Assembly (NCBI GenBank): GCA_035534615.1
Contig: DATLRO010000082.1
Location: forward strand, 65,458 to 129,457
Origin: Vicinamibacterales bacterium
GTDB taxonomy: Bacteria > Acidobacteriota > Vicinamibacteria > Vicinamibacterales > CAVVIG01
Length of the DNA stretch: 64,000 nt
Direction of reading: 5' to 3'
In this document: positions 45,781 to 54,926 of the stretch, in pieces
Layout: each line of letters starts with the position of its first letter
How positions within the stretch are numbered: the stretch's first letter is position 1
Notes under the pieces: generated by a model
Told to the model about the DNA's origin: nothing
Seen by the model: only the letters and a program-made list of their open reading frames with translations
The model's database searches: none
Program-made: the position numbers and the translations under genes

Positions 45781-47754
45781 TCACTGCAGATAGTGGTCGA
45801 ACCAGGCGACGAGACGCTCTTCGATGTCGCGCTGGTCCTTGCGCTTCACGATCGCGTGCCCCTCGCCCCGGTAGATGACCAGTTCGGTCGGCACGCCCAG
45901 CGTCTTCAGCGCGTGCCAGAACTCGTACCCCTGCGGCGTCGGCACTTCCGAATCGCGGTCGCCGTGCAGCACGAGCGTCGGCGTCCGGACGTTCCTGATG
46001 AACGTGATCGGCGACGAGCGCGCGTAGATGGCCGGGTCGTCGTACACGGAGGCGCCGAAGAACGGGATCATCCACTGATCGATCCGGTTCTCGCCGTAGT
46101 AACTCTGCCAGTTCGCCACCCCGGCGCCGGCGACCGCGGCCTTGAATCGATGCGTCTGCGTCACCGCCCACATCGTCATGTAGCCGCCATAGCTCCAGCC
46201 CATGATCCCCACCCGCGCGGGATCCACCGGCGCCGCCTTCACCACGGCATCCACGCCGGTCAGGATGTCCCGCAGGTCGCCGTAGCCGAAATCCTTGACG
46301 TTCGCGCGGGTGAACGCCTCGCCCTGGCCGTAGCTGCCGCGCGGATTCGGCAGGAAGACGAAATACCCCTCGCTCGGCAGGACAGCGTTCCAGCGCACCG
46401 GCCAGCCCGGCCGGTTCGCGGACGAGGGCCCCCCGTGCACCGACACCACCATCGGATAACGCCGCCCCGGCTGCACCTCGCGCGGCGCAATCAGCCAGCC
46501 CTGCACGTGGAAGCCGTCGTTCATCCACCGGATGCTCCGCCCCTTGCCCCAGAGCGGATGAATCCGGTCGTTGACGTGCGTGACCGGCTGCCACGCGCCG
46601 ATCGGACCGGCCTCGACCTCCGGCGGCTGTTCGATCGACTGGTGCACGGCGGCCGACATCGTGCCGGTGCGCGCCACGCTGAAGCTCGACAGCAGCGCCG
46701 GTCCGGTCCACAGCGAGGTCATCTTCCCCGACGCCGGATCCAGCGTCGCCAGGCCCCGGTCGCCGTCGACGTCCTCGGCCATCAGGATGTCGCCCGACGA
46801 CCGCCACACGAACCAGTTCGTCGTGGCCTTCATGCCGGGCGTCAGATTCCGCGCCGGCCCTCCGCCAGCCGGCACGGCGTAGATGTCCCCGCCGGTCGCC
46901 CCCTGGTCGCTCATCAGCCCGTGGATCACCGCGACCGTCCGGCCGTCCGGCGACCAGCGCGGATTGCCGATCTGCAGCGGCGGCTTCCAGATCGACCGCG
47001 TCTCGCCGCTGGCGACGTCGATCGTGTAGAGCTGCGCGATCCAGTAATTGTCCGTCCCCGAGCCGACGGCCGCCTCGGCGGCGAATCGCCTGCCGTCCGG
47101 CGACCAGTCGTATTCGTAGACGTACAGGTTCTTGGGGCTCACCTGCCGGAGCTGCCCGGTCCGGAGGTCGACAACGGCGAGCCGCTGCTCGTCAATGCGC
47201 TCCCCGACGACCCCGGAATCGGGCTTGTAGGCCACCAGCGCGCCGGTCGCCTGCGCCGATCCCTTCGTGAACAGCAGGGCGATCGCGCGTCCGTCCGGCG
47301 CCCACCGCGGCCGGGCGAGCTGCCCCGTCACGTGCGTCAGGCGGCGGGCCGGCCCACCCGACGCCAACGCCACGTACACCTGGAGCTGGTGACCGCCGGC
47401 CGCGTCCGACAGGAACGCGAGCTGCCGCCCATCGGGCGCCCAGACGACACTGCCCTCGTGATACGCCTGGCCGCCGGTGCCGGCGGTCACGCGACGCGGT
47501 GTGCCGTCCGGCAGCGTCTCGACGTAGATGGCGGACAGGCTCTCGTGGCCGCGCTGATCGCGCACCCGCTGGACCCACGCGACCTGGCGGCCATCCGGCG
47601 CGATCGCCACGCGCGCGAAGCTGTGGACACGATCCAGCAGCTGGAGCACCTGGCCGGTCGAGGGACGGGCGGGCGGGGCCGCGGCCGCCGGCAGCGCCAG
47701 GGCCAGCATCAGCGCCGCCGACACCCCCGTCAGGCGACGCGCTCTCGATGTCAC
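45781..47754 (-). CDS. S9 family prolyl oligopeptidase / acylaminoacyl-peptidase with N-terminal beta-propeller, exported
   Basis: Trimmed to the GTG at residue 60 (VTSRARRLTGVSAALMLALALPAAAA), with GAGGAG 6 nt upstream. It has the catalytic GWSYGG, D in LHGDRDSEV and H in GEGHAI. Confidence 0.9.
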   Translation of the reverse strand: MTSRARRLTGVSAALMLALALPAAAAPPARPSTGQVLQLLDRVHSFARVAIAPDGRQVAWVQRVRDQRGHESLSAIYVETLPDGTPRRVTAGTGGQAYHEGSVVWAPDGRQLAFLSDAAGGHQLQVYVALASGGPARRLTHVTGQLARPRWAPDGRAIALLFTKGSAQATGALVAYKPDSGVVGERIDEQRLAVVDLRTGQLRQVSPKNLYVYEYDWSPDGRRFAAEAAVGSGTDNYWIAQLYTIDVASGETRSIWKPPLQIGNPRWSPDGRTVAVIHGLMSDQGATGGDIYAVPAGGGPARNLTPGMKATTNWFVWRSSGDILMAEDVDGDRGLATLDPASGKMTSLWTGPALLSSFSVARTGTMSAAVHQSIEQPPEVEAGPIGAWQPVTHVNDRIHPLWGKGRSIRWMNDGFHVQGWLIAPREVQPGRRYPMVVSVHGGPSSANRPGWPVRWNAVLPSEGYFVFLPNPRGSYGQGEAFTRANVKDFGYGDLRDILTGVDAVVKAAPVDPARVGIMGWSYGGYMTMWAVTQTHRFKAAVAGAGVANWQSYYGENRIDQWMIPFFGASVYDDPAIYARSSPITFIRNVRTPTLVLHGDRDSEVPTPQGYEFWHALKTLGVPTELVIYRGEGHAIVKRKDQRDIEERLVAWFDHYLQ

Positions 47755-47814
47755 GGTTCGCTCCTCTCGGGCGGCGCAGGGACGGGCCGCACCGGTCACA
47801 CTCCTGCCGGCGCG

Positions 47815-47820
47815 ATTATA
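47815..47820 (-). promoter_or_regulatory. Possible -10 box (perfect TATAAT on the minus strand) about 60 nt upstream of the S9 peptidase start
   Basis: The plus strand reads ATTATA at 47815-47820. No convincing -35 was found. A single hexamer of this kind is expected roughly once by chance in a window of this size. Confidence 0.25.
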
Positions 47821-47861
47821 GCCGCGATCGCGCGACCCTGACGGCCGATCTGCACGAGTGG

Positions 47862-48839
47862 TCAGTGCGTGGAACGCAGGCGGGGGGTCCGGCCGGTGGT
47901 CAGGTCGCAGTACATCCCGGCCGATTCGCACGAATCGACCTCGATCTGGACAGTGGCGTGCCAGATGCCGAAGCGATGGCCCAGCGCGGAGGACACCTCA
48001 TGCAGGATCGTCTGGCCGGCGCGCGTGCGGCCCTTGTCGATGAGCACGTGACAGCTGCACGCGACGATTCCCGACGAAATCGTCCACACGTGCAGATCGT
48101 GGACGTCCTGCACGCCGCCGACCGCGCGGATCGTCTGCTCGACGCGGGCCATGTCGAGCCCGGCCGGCGTCCCCTCGAGCAGGACGGTGACGCTCTCGCG
48201 CAGGATGCCCCACGAGCTCCAGAGAATCAGCGCCGCGATGAGCAGCGAGACCACCGGGTCGGCCAGCGAGGACCCGGTCGTCGCCACGACGATGCCGGCG
48301 CCGACGACGCCGAGCGAGGCCACGGCGTCGCCGATCATGTGCACGTAGGCGCTCCGCACGTTCAGATCGTGACGGCCGCCGTGCAGCCAGACGCTGATGA
48401 CGAGGTTGAGGACGAAGGCGACGGCCGCCACCCCGATCATCACGGCGCTGTGCACGGCCGTCGGTGCCTGCAGCCGCCGGATGCCTTCCCAGAGAATCCC
48501 GAGCGAGATGACGACGAGGGTGACGGCGTTGATGAGCGCGGCCAGGATCCCGACCCGGTGGTAGCCGAACGTCATGCCGGCGTGCGCGGGCCGGCGCGCA
48601 ATCCAGACGGCATACCACGACAGGCCGAGGGCCGCGGCGTCAGCCAGGTTGTGTCCCGCGTCCGACATGAGCGCGAGACTGTGGGCGAACCAGCCCGCCA
48701 GCGCCTCGACGCCCACGAAGGCCAGCGTCAGGACGAGCGCCGGCGCCAGACGACCGGCCGATGCGGTCACGGCCGCGTGGCCGTGGTCGTGCGCATGGCC
48801 GCCGGAGTGATCGTGGTTGTGAGCGTGGTCGTGGACCAT
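47862..48839 (-). CDS. Cation diffusion facilitator (CzcD/ZitB-like) divalent metal efflux transporter
   Basis: It has a His-rich N-terminus (MVHDHAHNHDHSGGHAHDHGH), the TM2 HSLALMSDAGHNLAD and TM5 HMIGDAV motifs, and a C-terminal HDLHVW. Confidence 0.9.
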   Translation of the reverse strand: MVHDHAHNHDHSGGHAHDHGHAAVTASAGRLAPALVLTLAFVGVEALAGWFAHSLALMSDAGHNLADAAALGLSWYAVWIARRPAHAGMTFGYHRVGILAALINAVTLVVISLGILWEGIRRLQAPTAVHSAVMIGVAAVAFVLNLVISVWLHGGRHDLNVRSAYVHMIGDAVASLGVVGAGIVVATTGSSLADPVVSLLIAALILWSSWGILRESVTVLLEGTPAGLDMARVEQTIRAVGGVQDVHDLHVWTISSGIVACSCHVLIDKGRTRAGQTILHEVSSALGHRFGIWHATVQIEVDSCESAGMYCDLTTGRTPRLRSTH

Positions 48840-48932
48840 CGCGGTGACCGCCAGGCAGACGGCTCCCGAGGACGCCGTCAGCTGATGATGACGCGGCCGG
48901 CGGCGCCTGTCCAGTCCACCCCCCGCCCGGGA

Positions 48933-49310
48933 TCAGCCGTTGGCGGCCCGCGCCAGCGGCGCGGTCTGCCGGATCGGCACGACCTCGCCGGCGCGCCGGG
49001 GCATGCCCGGCATGTCGATCCGCCCGTGGAAGACCGCGCCGTCCTGCATGGCGATGCGCGGGGCCGACACGTCCCCTTCGATCGACCCGTCCTGGCAGAC
49101 TTCCACCCGGTCGGTCGCCGTGACCTCGCCTGTCAGCGCACCGGCCACCCGCACCGCCTTGGCCGACACTTTCGCGAAGATCTTCGCGTCCGGCGCGATG
49201 GTCACCAGATGGTCGCGGACGTCGATCGTCCCCTCGACCCGGCCGGCAATCTCGATGTTTTCCGCCGCCGTAATGGTCCCTTTGATGACTACTGACCGCC
49301 CGATGCTCAT
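48933..49310 (-). CDS. Bactofilin family cytoskeletal protein
   Basis: Trimmed to Met34 (MSIGRSVVIKGTITAAENIEIAGRVEGTI...), with AGGAGG about 9 nt upstream. It shows the beta-helical bactofilin repeat pattern. Confidence 0.8.
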   Translation of the reverse strand: MSIGRSVVIKGTITAAENIEIAGRVEGTIDVRDHLVTIAPDAKIFAKVSAKAVRVAGALTGEVTATDRVEVCQDGSIEGDVSAPRIAMQDGAVFHGRIDMPGMPRRAGEVVPIRQTAPLARAANG

Positions 49311-49496
49311 GATGCGGCTCACCTCCTGTCCGGCACGGCTGACAGGCTGGCAAAGACCATACCCGCTCCGCCCCGGGCGTCGAGACCGGATTTCCGTTCT
49401 ACTTTCCACGAATCGGCAGCACGCCGGCAGGCGGCCAGCGCCTGCCGTTACAAAACCGGCACCTCCGGACGATTCTGTGACCGGACCTCCCCGCCG

Positions 49497-52217
49497 TCAA
49501 CGGCCGCGGGCGCCCGACGGGCCGGCCGGCGCCTTCGGCAGACTGACGAGGTTCGCGAACAGCCGGTACGCGCCCGGCACGCCGGCCGGGAGCTGGCGGA
49601 ACCAGGCGTACGACGTGTACACGTAGTTGCCCCGGCCGATCCGGGCCCACACTTCGCCGCCGGTCTGCGGCGGATCGCCGGGATCGTGCGATTCGAGCAG
49701 CGGCACGTACCGGGAATCGAACGTGGTGAAGGCGTACAGATCCCGCTCCTGCACCCAGCCCAGCCAGTCGGCCGGCGTGATCCTGTTCGGGAAGGTGAAC
49801 AGCGGATTGTCCGGCTGCAGAATCTTCACCGCCGCGTTCTCGTCGGTGACGCGCGAGGCCATCTGGGCCGGGAACGGCGTCAGCTTCCGCTGGACGTAGT
49901 CCGGCTGCTGGTACTGCACGATGAGCGTCCCCCCGGCCCGGACGTAGGCCAGGAGGCGGTCCATGTTGGCCACGAAATCGGGACGGGTCTGCGAGGCGCG
50001 GATGCCGACCACGATCGTGTCGAAACGCGACAGGTTGCCGGACGACAGATCGTCGGCGCTCAGCATGGTCACGTGGAGCCCCATCCGCTGCAGCGCCTCG
50101 GGCACGTCGTCCCCGCTGCCCATGATGTAGCCGACGCTGACCGGCGCCACCTTCAGGTCGAGCACGTCGACCTTGGCGGTCGCCGGGACGTACATCCGGT
50201 GCGTCTGGATGTGCGGGTACGCGATGACGTGCATCGTCTCGTGGTAGGTGCGCCCGCCGCTCGTCGCCACCGCACCGATCCGGTACTGGCCGGACGTCGT
50301 GCCGGCCGGCACCGTCAGCTGGAACGGGACGGCCGTCTCCTCGCCCTCGGTGTTCAGCGTGAACGACCTGTCGGCCGGATCGACGTGCCAGCCGGGCGGG
50401 ACCGTCAGGCGGACCTGCCCGGTGAGCGGCGTCAGCGCGTTGCTCAGCAGCCGGACGGACACCTTCCGCGCCTGCCCCAGGGTCTGTCGCGGCACGATCG
50501 CCAGCGTCGAGTCCATCCCGATCGAGAGGGCCGGCACGACGTTGAGGTTGCGGCGCAGCTCGCCGCGGATGCGATCGGCGTAGCGGTACTGCACCGGCTT
50601 CACGATGGTGACCGGCACGCCGCCGATGTCCAGCGACAGGGCGGCCGACACCACCGGCGGCCCGAACGGCAGCGTCTTGGAGGAATGCGCCGGCCACGTG
50701 TACAGGTCGCCGTGGCGCGGCAGGCGCAGCCAGTACGGCTCGGTCGGCGGCGCATCGGCCGGCACGTCGACGAGGAACCGCTGCTCCTTGTCGGCGATTT
50801 CACGGAAGAACCGGGCGAACGGGCCGGTGCGCCGCGTCGTCTGCGCCGGGGCCGCGCCAATCCGCCAGCCGGCAGGCGCGTGCAGCGCGGCGTCCCCCAG
50901 GTGCACCAGCCCCTTGTCGGCCACGTACGCCTTGACGGCGACGGTGAACGATGACCCGGGCGTGACGGTTTCCCGATCCGACAGCGCGTCGACCTGAATG
51001 CCGGTCGCCATGACGAGCGCGTGCTCGAACCCCCGCTCCTCGTGCGCCAGGGCGAAATCGACGTCGGCGCGCGCGTTCGGCGTGCCGGGGGCCGTCTTGA
51101 CCGCCTGACGGGCCGCCCGGACCGCCCGCAGCCCGTCCGCCAGCACCGGGACGATGCGGTCGGGCGCCAGCGGATCGAACGTGGCCAGGGCGCGGTCGGC
51201 CGCCTGCTGAACCGGCGCGAGCTGCGGCCGGAGCGCGTCGCCCGTCAGGCCCATCAGCCGGCCGAGCCCCGTGATGGAGGTGTCCAGGCCGTCGAACGGA
51301 CTGTGCTCGGGCTTCGGCGTCGGCACCAGGCTGTCGGCCAGGTGCAGGCCGGACTCGTGCGGCCCGCGGAGCTGCAGGGCCCCCATGCCCTGGGTCTTGT
51401 GCTCGCTGCGCCCCTGCATGGCGATCTCGAAGTACGTGCGCCCGAGCAGCGGATCGTACGTGCCGGTCTGCACTTCCAGCGTCGGCGCGTTGCCCGGCGT
51501 CGGCCGGAAGCCCTGCTCGACGTAAAACTTCCGCGGCTGCCACGGCCGCAGTCCCTCGGCCAGCTGCCGGGGAAACTGCGTCGGATCGCCCGCCGCCTTG
51601 AACGCGAGCGGCGTGATCTGCCCGGCCACCTGGTGCTGGCCGTGACCGTCGGCCGGGGTGCCGGTGAACCGCGAGATCAGCACGAGCGGCCGGAAGAGCC
51701 GGATGGCGTGCACCATGTCGTTGAGGACGTTCTGCTCGCCCCACTTCCGGTCGGACTCCGTCTTGCTCAGTGTGAAGCCGAAATCGTACGCCCGGGTGAA
51801 GAACTGGCTCGCGCCGTCGAGCGTCCGCGCCTGCAGCAGCTCCTCCGTGCGGATGATGCCGAGCGCGTCGAACAGATCCGGTCCGATGATATTCTGCCCG
51901 CCCTCGCCGCGCGTCAGCGACAGGTACGCCACGCGGGCGTGGAAGTGCCGGACGAGCGTCGCCAGCAGCGCCGAGTCCTCATCGTCGGGGTGCGCCCCCG
52001 TCAGCATGATGCTCGCGGTCGTCCTGAGCGCCTGGAGCTGCTGGATCAGCCCGGCCACGCCTTCGCTGTAGATCGGCTGTGCCTGGGCGTGCGCGCGGGG
52101 CGGCGCGACGGTCAGCCACGCGAGCGCGACGACGGCGGCGGCGATGGCGAGGCCCGACCGGACGCGCTGGAGCAGGGAACGGGATCCGACCGAAGAGGTG
52201 GAAGGAGAGAACGGCAT
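49497..52217 (-). CDS. PIG-L (LmbE-like) family deacetylase with a large C-terminal extension, exported
   Basis: 906 aa with a signal peptide and the PIG-L motifs GAHPDDEDS and HGQHQ. It has a long beta-rich middle region and a C-terminal region of unknown function. Confidence 0.8.
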   Translation of the reverse strand: MPFSPSTSSVGSRSLLQRVRSGLAIAAAVVALAWLTVAPPRAHAQAQPIYSEGVAGLIQQLQALRTTASIMLTGAHPDDEDSALLATLVRHFHARVAYLSLTRGEGGQNIIGPDLFDALGIIRTEELLQARTLDGASQFFTRAYDFGFTLSKTESDRKWGEQNVLNDMVHAIRLFRPLVLISRFTGTPADGHGQHQVAGQITPLAFKAAGDPTQFPRQLAEGLRPWQPRKFYVEQGFRPTPGNAPTLEVQTGTYDPLLGRTYFEIAMQGRSEHKTQGMGALQLRGPHESGLHLADSLVPTPKPEHSPFDGLDTSITGLGRLMGLTGDALRPQLAPVQQAADRALATFDPLAPDRIVPVLADGLRAVRAARQAVKTAPGTPNARADVDFALAHEERGFEHALVMATGIQVDALSDRETVTPGSSFTVAVKAYVADKGLVHLGDAALHAPAGWRIGAAPAQTTRRTGPFARFFREIADKEQRFLVDVPADAPPTEPYWLRLPRHGDLYTWPAHSSKTLPFGPPVVSAALSLDIGGVPVTIVKPVQYRYADRIRGELRRNLNVVPALSIGMDSTLAIVPRQTLGQARKVSVRLLSNALTPLTGQVRLTVPPGWHVDPADRSFTLNTEGEETAVPFQLTVPAGTTSGQYRIGAVATSGGRTYHETMHVIAYPHIQTHRMYVPATAKVDVLDLKVAPVSVGYIMGSGDDVPEALQRMGLHVTMLSADDLSSGNLSRFDTIVVGIRASQTRPDFVANMDRLLAYVRAGGTLIVQYQQPDYVQRKLTPFPAQMASRVTDENAAVKILQPDNPLFTFPNRITPADWLGWVQERDLYAFTTFDSRYVPLLESHDPGDPPQTGGEVWARIGRGNYVYTSYAWFRQLPAGVPGAYRLFANLVSLPKAPAGPSGARGR

Positions 52218-52434
52218 GGCCCCACATCATAGAGTCGTGACGCCCGGTTTGTCATCCGTCGCCATCCCGACGGCCCGCACGGCCCGCCAGACCGTGCAGA
52301 TCTGTTGAGCCGGCACCGCGCGGCGCGCCCATTCACCGCCTGCGCCCGGATCGACGATGATGATGCTGCTGCGGGAGGCCGCGTGCGCCAGGACGAGGCG
52401 GCGCAGGGAGCTCAGGGGAAGCCGGAGTACACAC

Positions 52435-52794
52435 ATGGCCGGGAGGGTTCGACGCTGCTTGGCCCGCCTGTCGTTCATCGCGGTGGTGGTGATCCTCGCA
52501 CTCGCGATCGCCGCCGCGCTGGCGCCGGGCAGAGGGCCCAACGCCCCCACGCTGCGGGACCGCTGGATCGGCATGAAGCTCCGGGTGCACTACGACTTCG
52601 CGCTCGGCCCGCACCGCGATCTGCAGGTGACCGTCTCCCACGGCCTCGTCACGCTCTCGGGCGCAGTCGGCACGCCCGAAGACCGCCGCCGCGCGGCGGC
52701 GATCGCCCGCCGGACCGGCGGCGTCGTCGGCGTCGTCGACATGCTGACCCTCGAAACGCCGGCGCACACGGCACCGGCGTCCGGCCCGCCCTGA
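52435..52794 (+). CDS. BON domain protein with an N-terminal membrane anchor
   Basis: Trimmed to Met27 (MAGRVRRCLARLSFIAVVVILALAIAAALA). BON-like core: LQVTVSHGLVTLSGAVGTPEDRRRAAAIARRTGGVVGVVDML. Confidence 0.6.
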   Translation: MAGRVRRCLARLSFIAVVVILALAIAAALAPGRGPNAPTLRDRWIGMKLRVHYDFALGPHRDLQVTVSHGLVTLSGAVGTPEDRRRAAAIARRTGGVVGVVDMLTLETPAHTAPASGPP

Positions 52795-52820
52795 GCGTCC
52801 CGCGCCGGCCGCGCGTCCGA

Positions 52821-53312
52821 TCAGCGGTTGAAGGTGTAGCCGATCCCGAACTTGAAGCTGGGACTGTCGAGGAGGCCGACCTTGATCTCGGTGAAGAGGC
52901 CGCGACGGTGCGCCAGGCCGAGCACGACGTTGAACCCGCCGCCCGACGACGTGTTGCCGTTGCGCCGCAGGATGTCGAGCGCAGGCCCGCCGCCGACATA
53001 GAGGTGCCACGGCGTCCGCGGCAGGGCCACCGGATAGACGAATTCGAAGTTGCCGGCCAGCAGGGTCGCGGAGTCGCCGACGCCCACTTCGAGATTCGGC
53101 CGGAAACGGATCTGGTCGACGATCGGCGCGGTGAGATAGTTCGCGCCCACGTAGAACTGGTCGGGCTGCGCGCTGACCCCCACCTGCACGCCCGGCCCCT
53201 GTTGCGCAAACGCCCGGCCGCCCGTGGCGAGCAGCGCCGCCACCACGGCCACCGCGCATGCGGCGCGCCGGCCGATCCCCGCGAGTGTCCCCCTCAGACC
53301 GTCATTGCTCAT
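52821..53312 (-). CDS. Small outer-membrane beta-barrel protein
   Basis: 163 aa with a signal peptide (AVAVVAALLATGGRAFAQQ), alternating beta-strand pattern and a C-terminal aromatic (GIGYTFNR). Confidence 0.7.
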   Translation of the reverse strand: MSNDGLRGTLAGIGRRAACAVAVVAALLATGGRAFAQQGPGVQVGVSAQPDQFYVGANYLTAPIVDQIRFRPNLEVGVGDSATLLAGNFEFVYPVALPRTPWHLYVGGGPALDILRRNGNTSSGGGFNVVLGLAHRRGLFTEIKVGLLDSPSFKFGIGYTFNR

Positions 53313-53516
53313 CGTCGCTCCTTTCCGCAGTGAGCGATTACAAGCTTCAGGCCAGGCGGCAGGCGCGCCGATCGGGCTCGTCGATCTCGTTGCGCGGGAA
53401 CAGGAAACGCGGCGCCAGCCCGGCAGGCACCGTGCGACCGGTCGCAGCCTTCCCGCCGGGCAGACTTTACCGGGACAGGAGTTCTTACGCGGTCGGCGAG
53501 CGGGACCCGTGACCCG

Positions 53517-54860
53517 CTATCCCCGATATCGCGTCACCGCTCCGGCGATGGCGCGCGTGCCGAATTCGAGCGCCTCGACGGGAATCCGCTCGTCGGCCGC
53601 GTGAATCGTCTGCAGGAAGTTGAACGCGGGCGGCAGCTGCATCGGCGTGAAGCCGTACGTCTGAATGCCGAGCCGGGCGAAGTGCCGGCCATCCGTCACG
53701 GCGGGCAGCAGGAACGGAATCGGGCGCGCGTCCGGGTCCGCGTCCTTCAGCACCTGGCCGAGCAGGTCGAACAGCCCCAGATCGGGCGCGCCGGATCCGG
53801 GGTCGTAGCGCACGATCGTGATCTCCGGCCCGTCCCCGACGATCGCGCGCAGTTCGGCCACCAGGTCGTCCGGCGTGAAGCCCGGCAGCAGGCGACCGTC
53901 GAGATCGAGCGTGATCTCGCCCGGGATGACGTTCACCTTCGTTCCGCCCTGCACCATCGTCGCGTTGGCCATGTGCCGGAGCATCGGGTCGAACAGCGCC
54001 GCGAGCGGGCCGATCCGGGTCAGCGCGCGGTCGGCCGTCGCGGGGTCGGTGAGTTCGCTGAGCAGGGTGCCGATCGGCGCGGGCAGCGCGCCGACCATGG
54101 TCTCGATCATCTGACGGACCACCGGCAGGACGTGCACGGGAAGCGGCTGGGCGTCGAGCTGGTGCAGGACGCGGGCGAGCGCGGCCATCGCGCCGCCGCG
54201 CATCCGCAGGGCGCCGTGCCCGCCCGGCCCGCGCACGACGAGGCGCGTCGTGCAGAGCTGCTTTTCGGAGACCTGAATCGGATAGAAGCGCCGCCCCGCG
54301 ACGTCCAGGGGGAAGCCCCCGAACTCGCCGAGCGCGTACCGGATACCGGCGAACATGCCGGCGTGCGTCTCGACGAGGTACCGGGCGCCGGCGTCGCCGC
54401 CCGCCTCCTCGTCGCTGAGGACGGCCAGCACCACGTCGCCGGCCGGTGCGGCGCCGGCCGCGCGGAGGCGAAGGAACGCGGCGACCAGCATCGCGACGCC
54501 GCCCTTCATGTCGAGCGCGCCGCGGCCCCAGACGCACCCGTCACCGACCTCGCCGGCAAACGGCGGACGCGTCCACGACTGGCCGGCGGTCGGCACGACG
54601 TCGACATGGCCATAGAGGAGGATCGGCGGCGCCGCCCCGGTGCCGCGCAGCCGCGCCAGCAGGTTCGGCCGATCGGGGTCGCGGGCGAGCAGCGTCACCG
54701 GAACGCCGGCCGCCTCGAGCAGCCGGGCGATATACGCGATGCAGGGGGCCTCGTGCCCCGGCGGATTGGTCGTGTCGAAGCGGAGCAGGTCGCAGAGGAG
54801 ATCGACGGGACGATCCTGAATCGTGGACGGATCCATGAACGCGGCCCCCCGGGCGGTCAC
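53517..54860 (-). CDS. M20 family metallopeptidase (ArgE/DapE/CPG2-like)
   Basis: 447 aa: LLYGHVDVVP, GRGALDMKGG, SDEEAGG. The start could alternatively be Met9 (54836). Confidence 0.85.
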   Translation of the reverse strand: MTARGAAFMDPSTIQDRPVDLLCDLLRFDTTNPPGHEAPCIAYIARLLEAAGVPVTLLARDPDRPNLLARLRGTGAAPPILLYGHVDVVPTAGQSWTRPPFAGEVGDGCVWGRGALDMKGGVAMLVAAFLRLRAAGAAPAGDVVLAVLSDEEAGGDAGARYLVETHAGMFAGIRYALGEFGGFPLDVAGRRFYPIQVSEKQLCTTRLVVRGPGGHGALRMRGGAMAALARVLHQLDAQPLPVHVLPVVRQMIETMVGALPAPIGTLLSELTDPATADRALTRIGPLAALFDPMLRHMANATMVQGGTKVNVIPGEITLDLDGRLLPGFTPDDLVAELRAIVGDGPEITIVRYDPGSGAPDLGLFDLLGQVLKDADPDARPIPFLLPAVTDGRHFARLGIQTYGFTPMQLPPAFNFLQTIHAADERIPVEALEFGTRAIAGAVTRYRG

Positions 54861-54926
54861 GCGCCGCCGGCCGAGTGTCGGCGGAGGGGGCCGGCGTGTC
54901 CCGCTGGCACGCCGGCCCCGGACGGA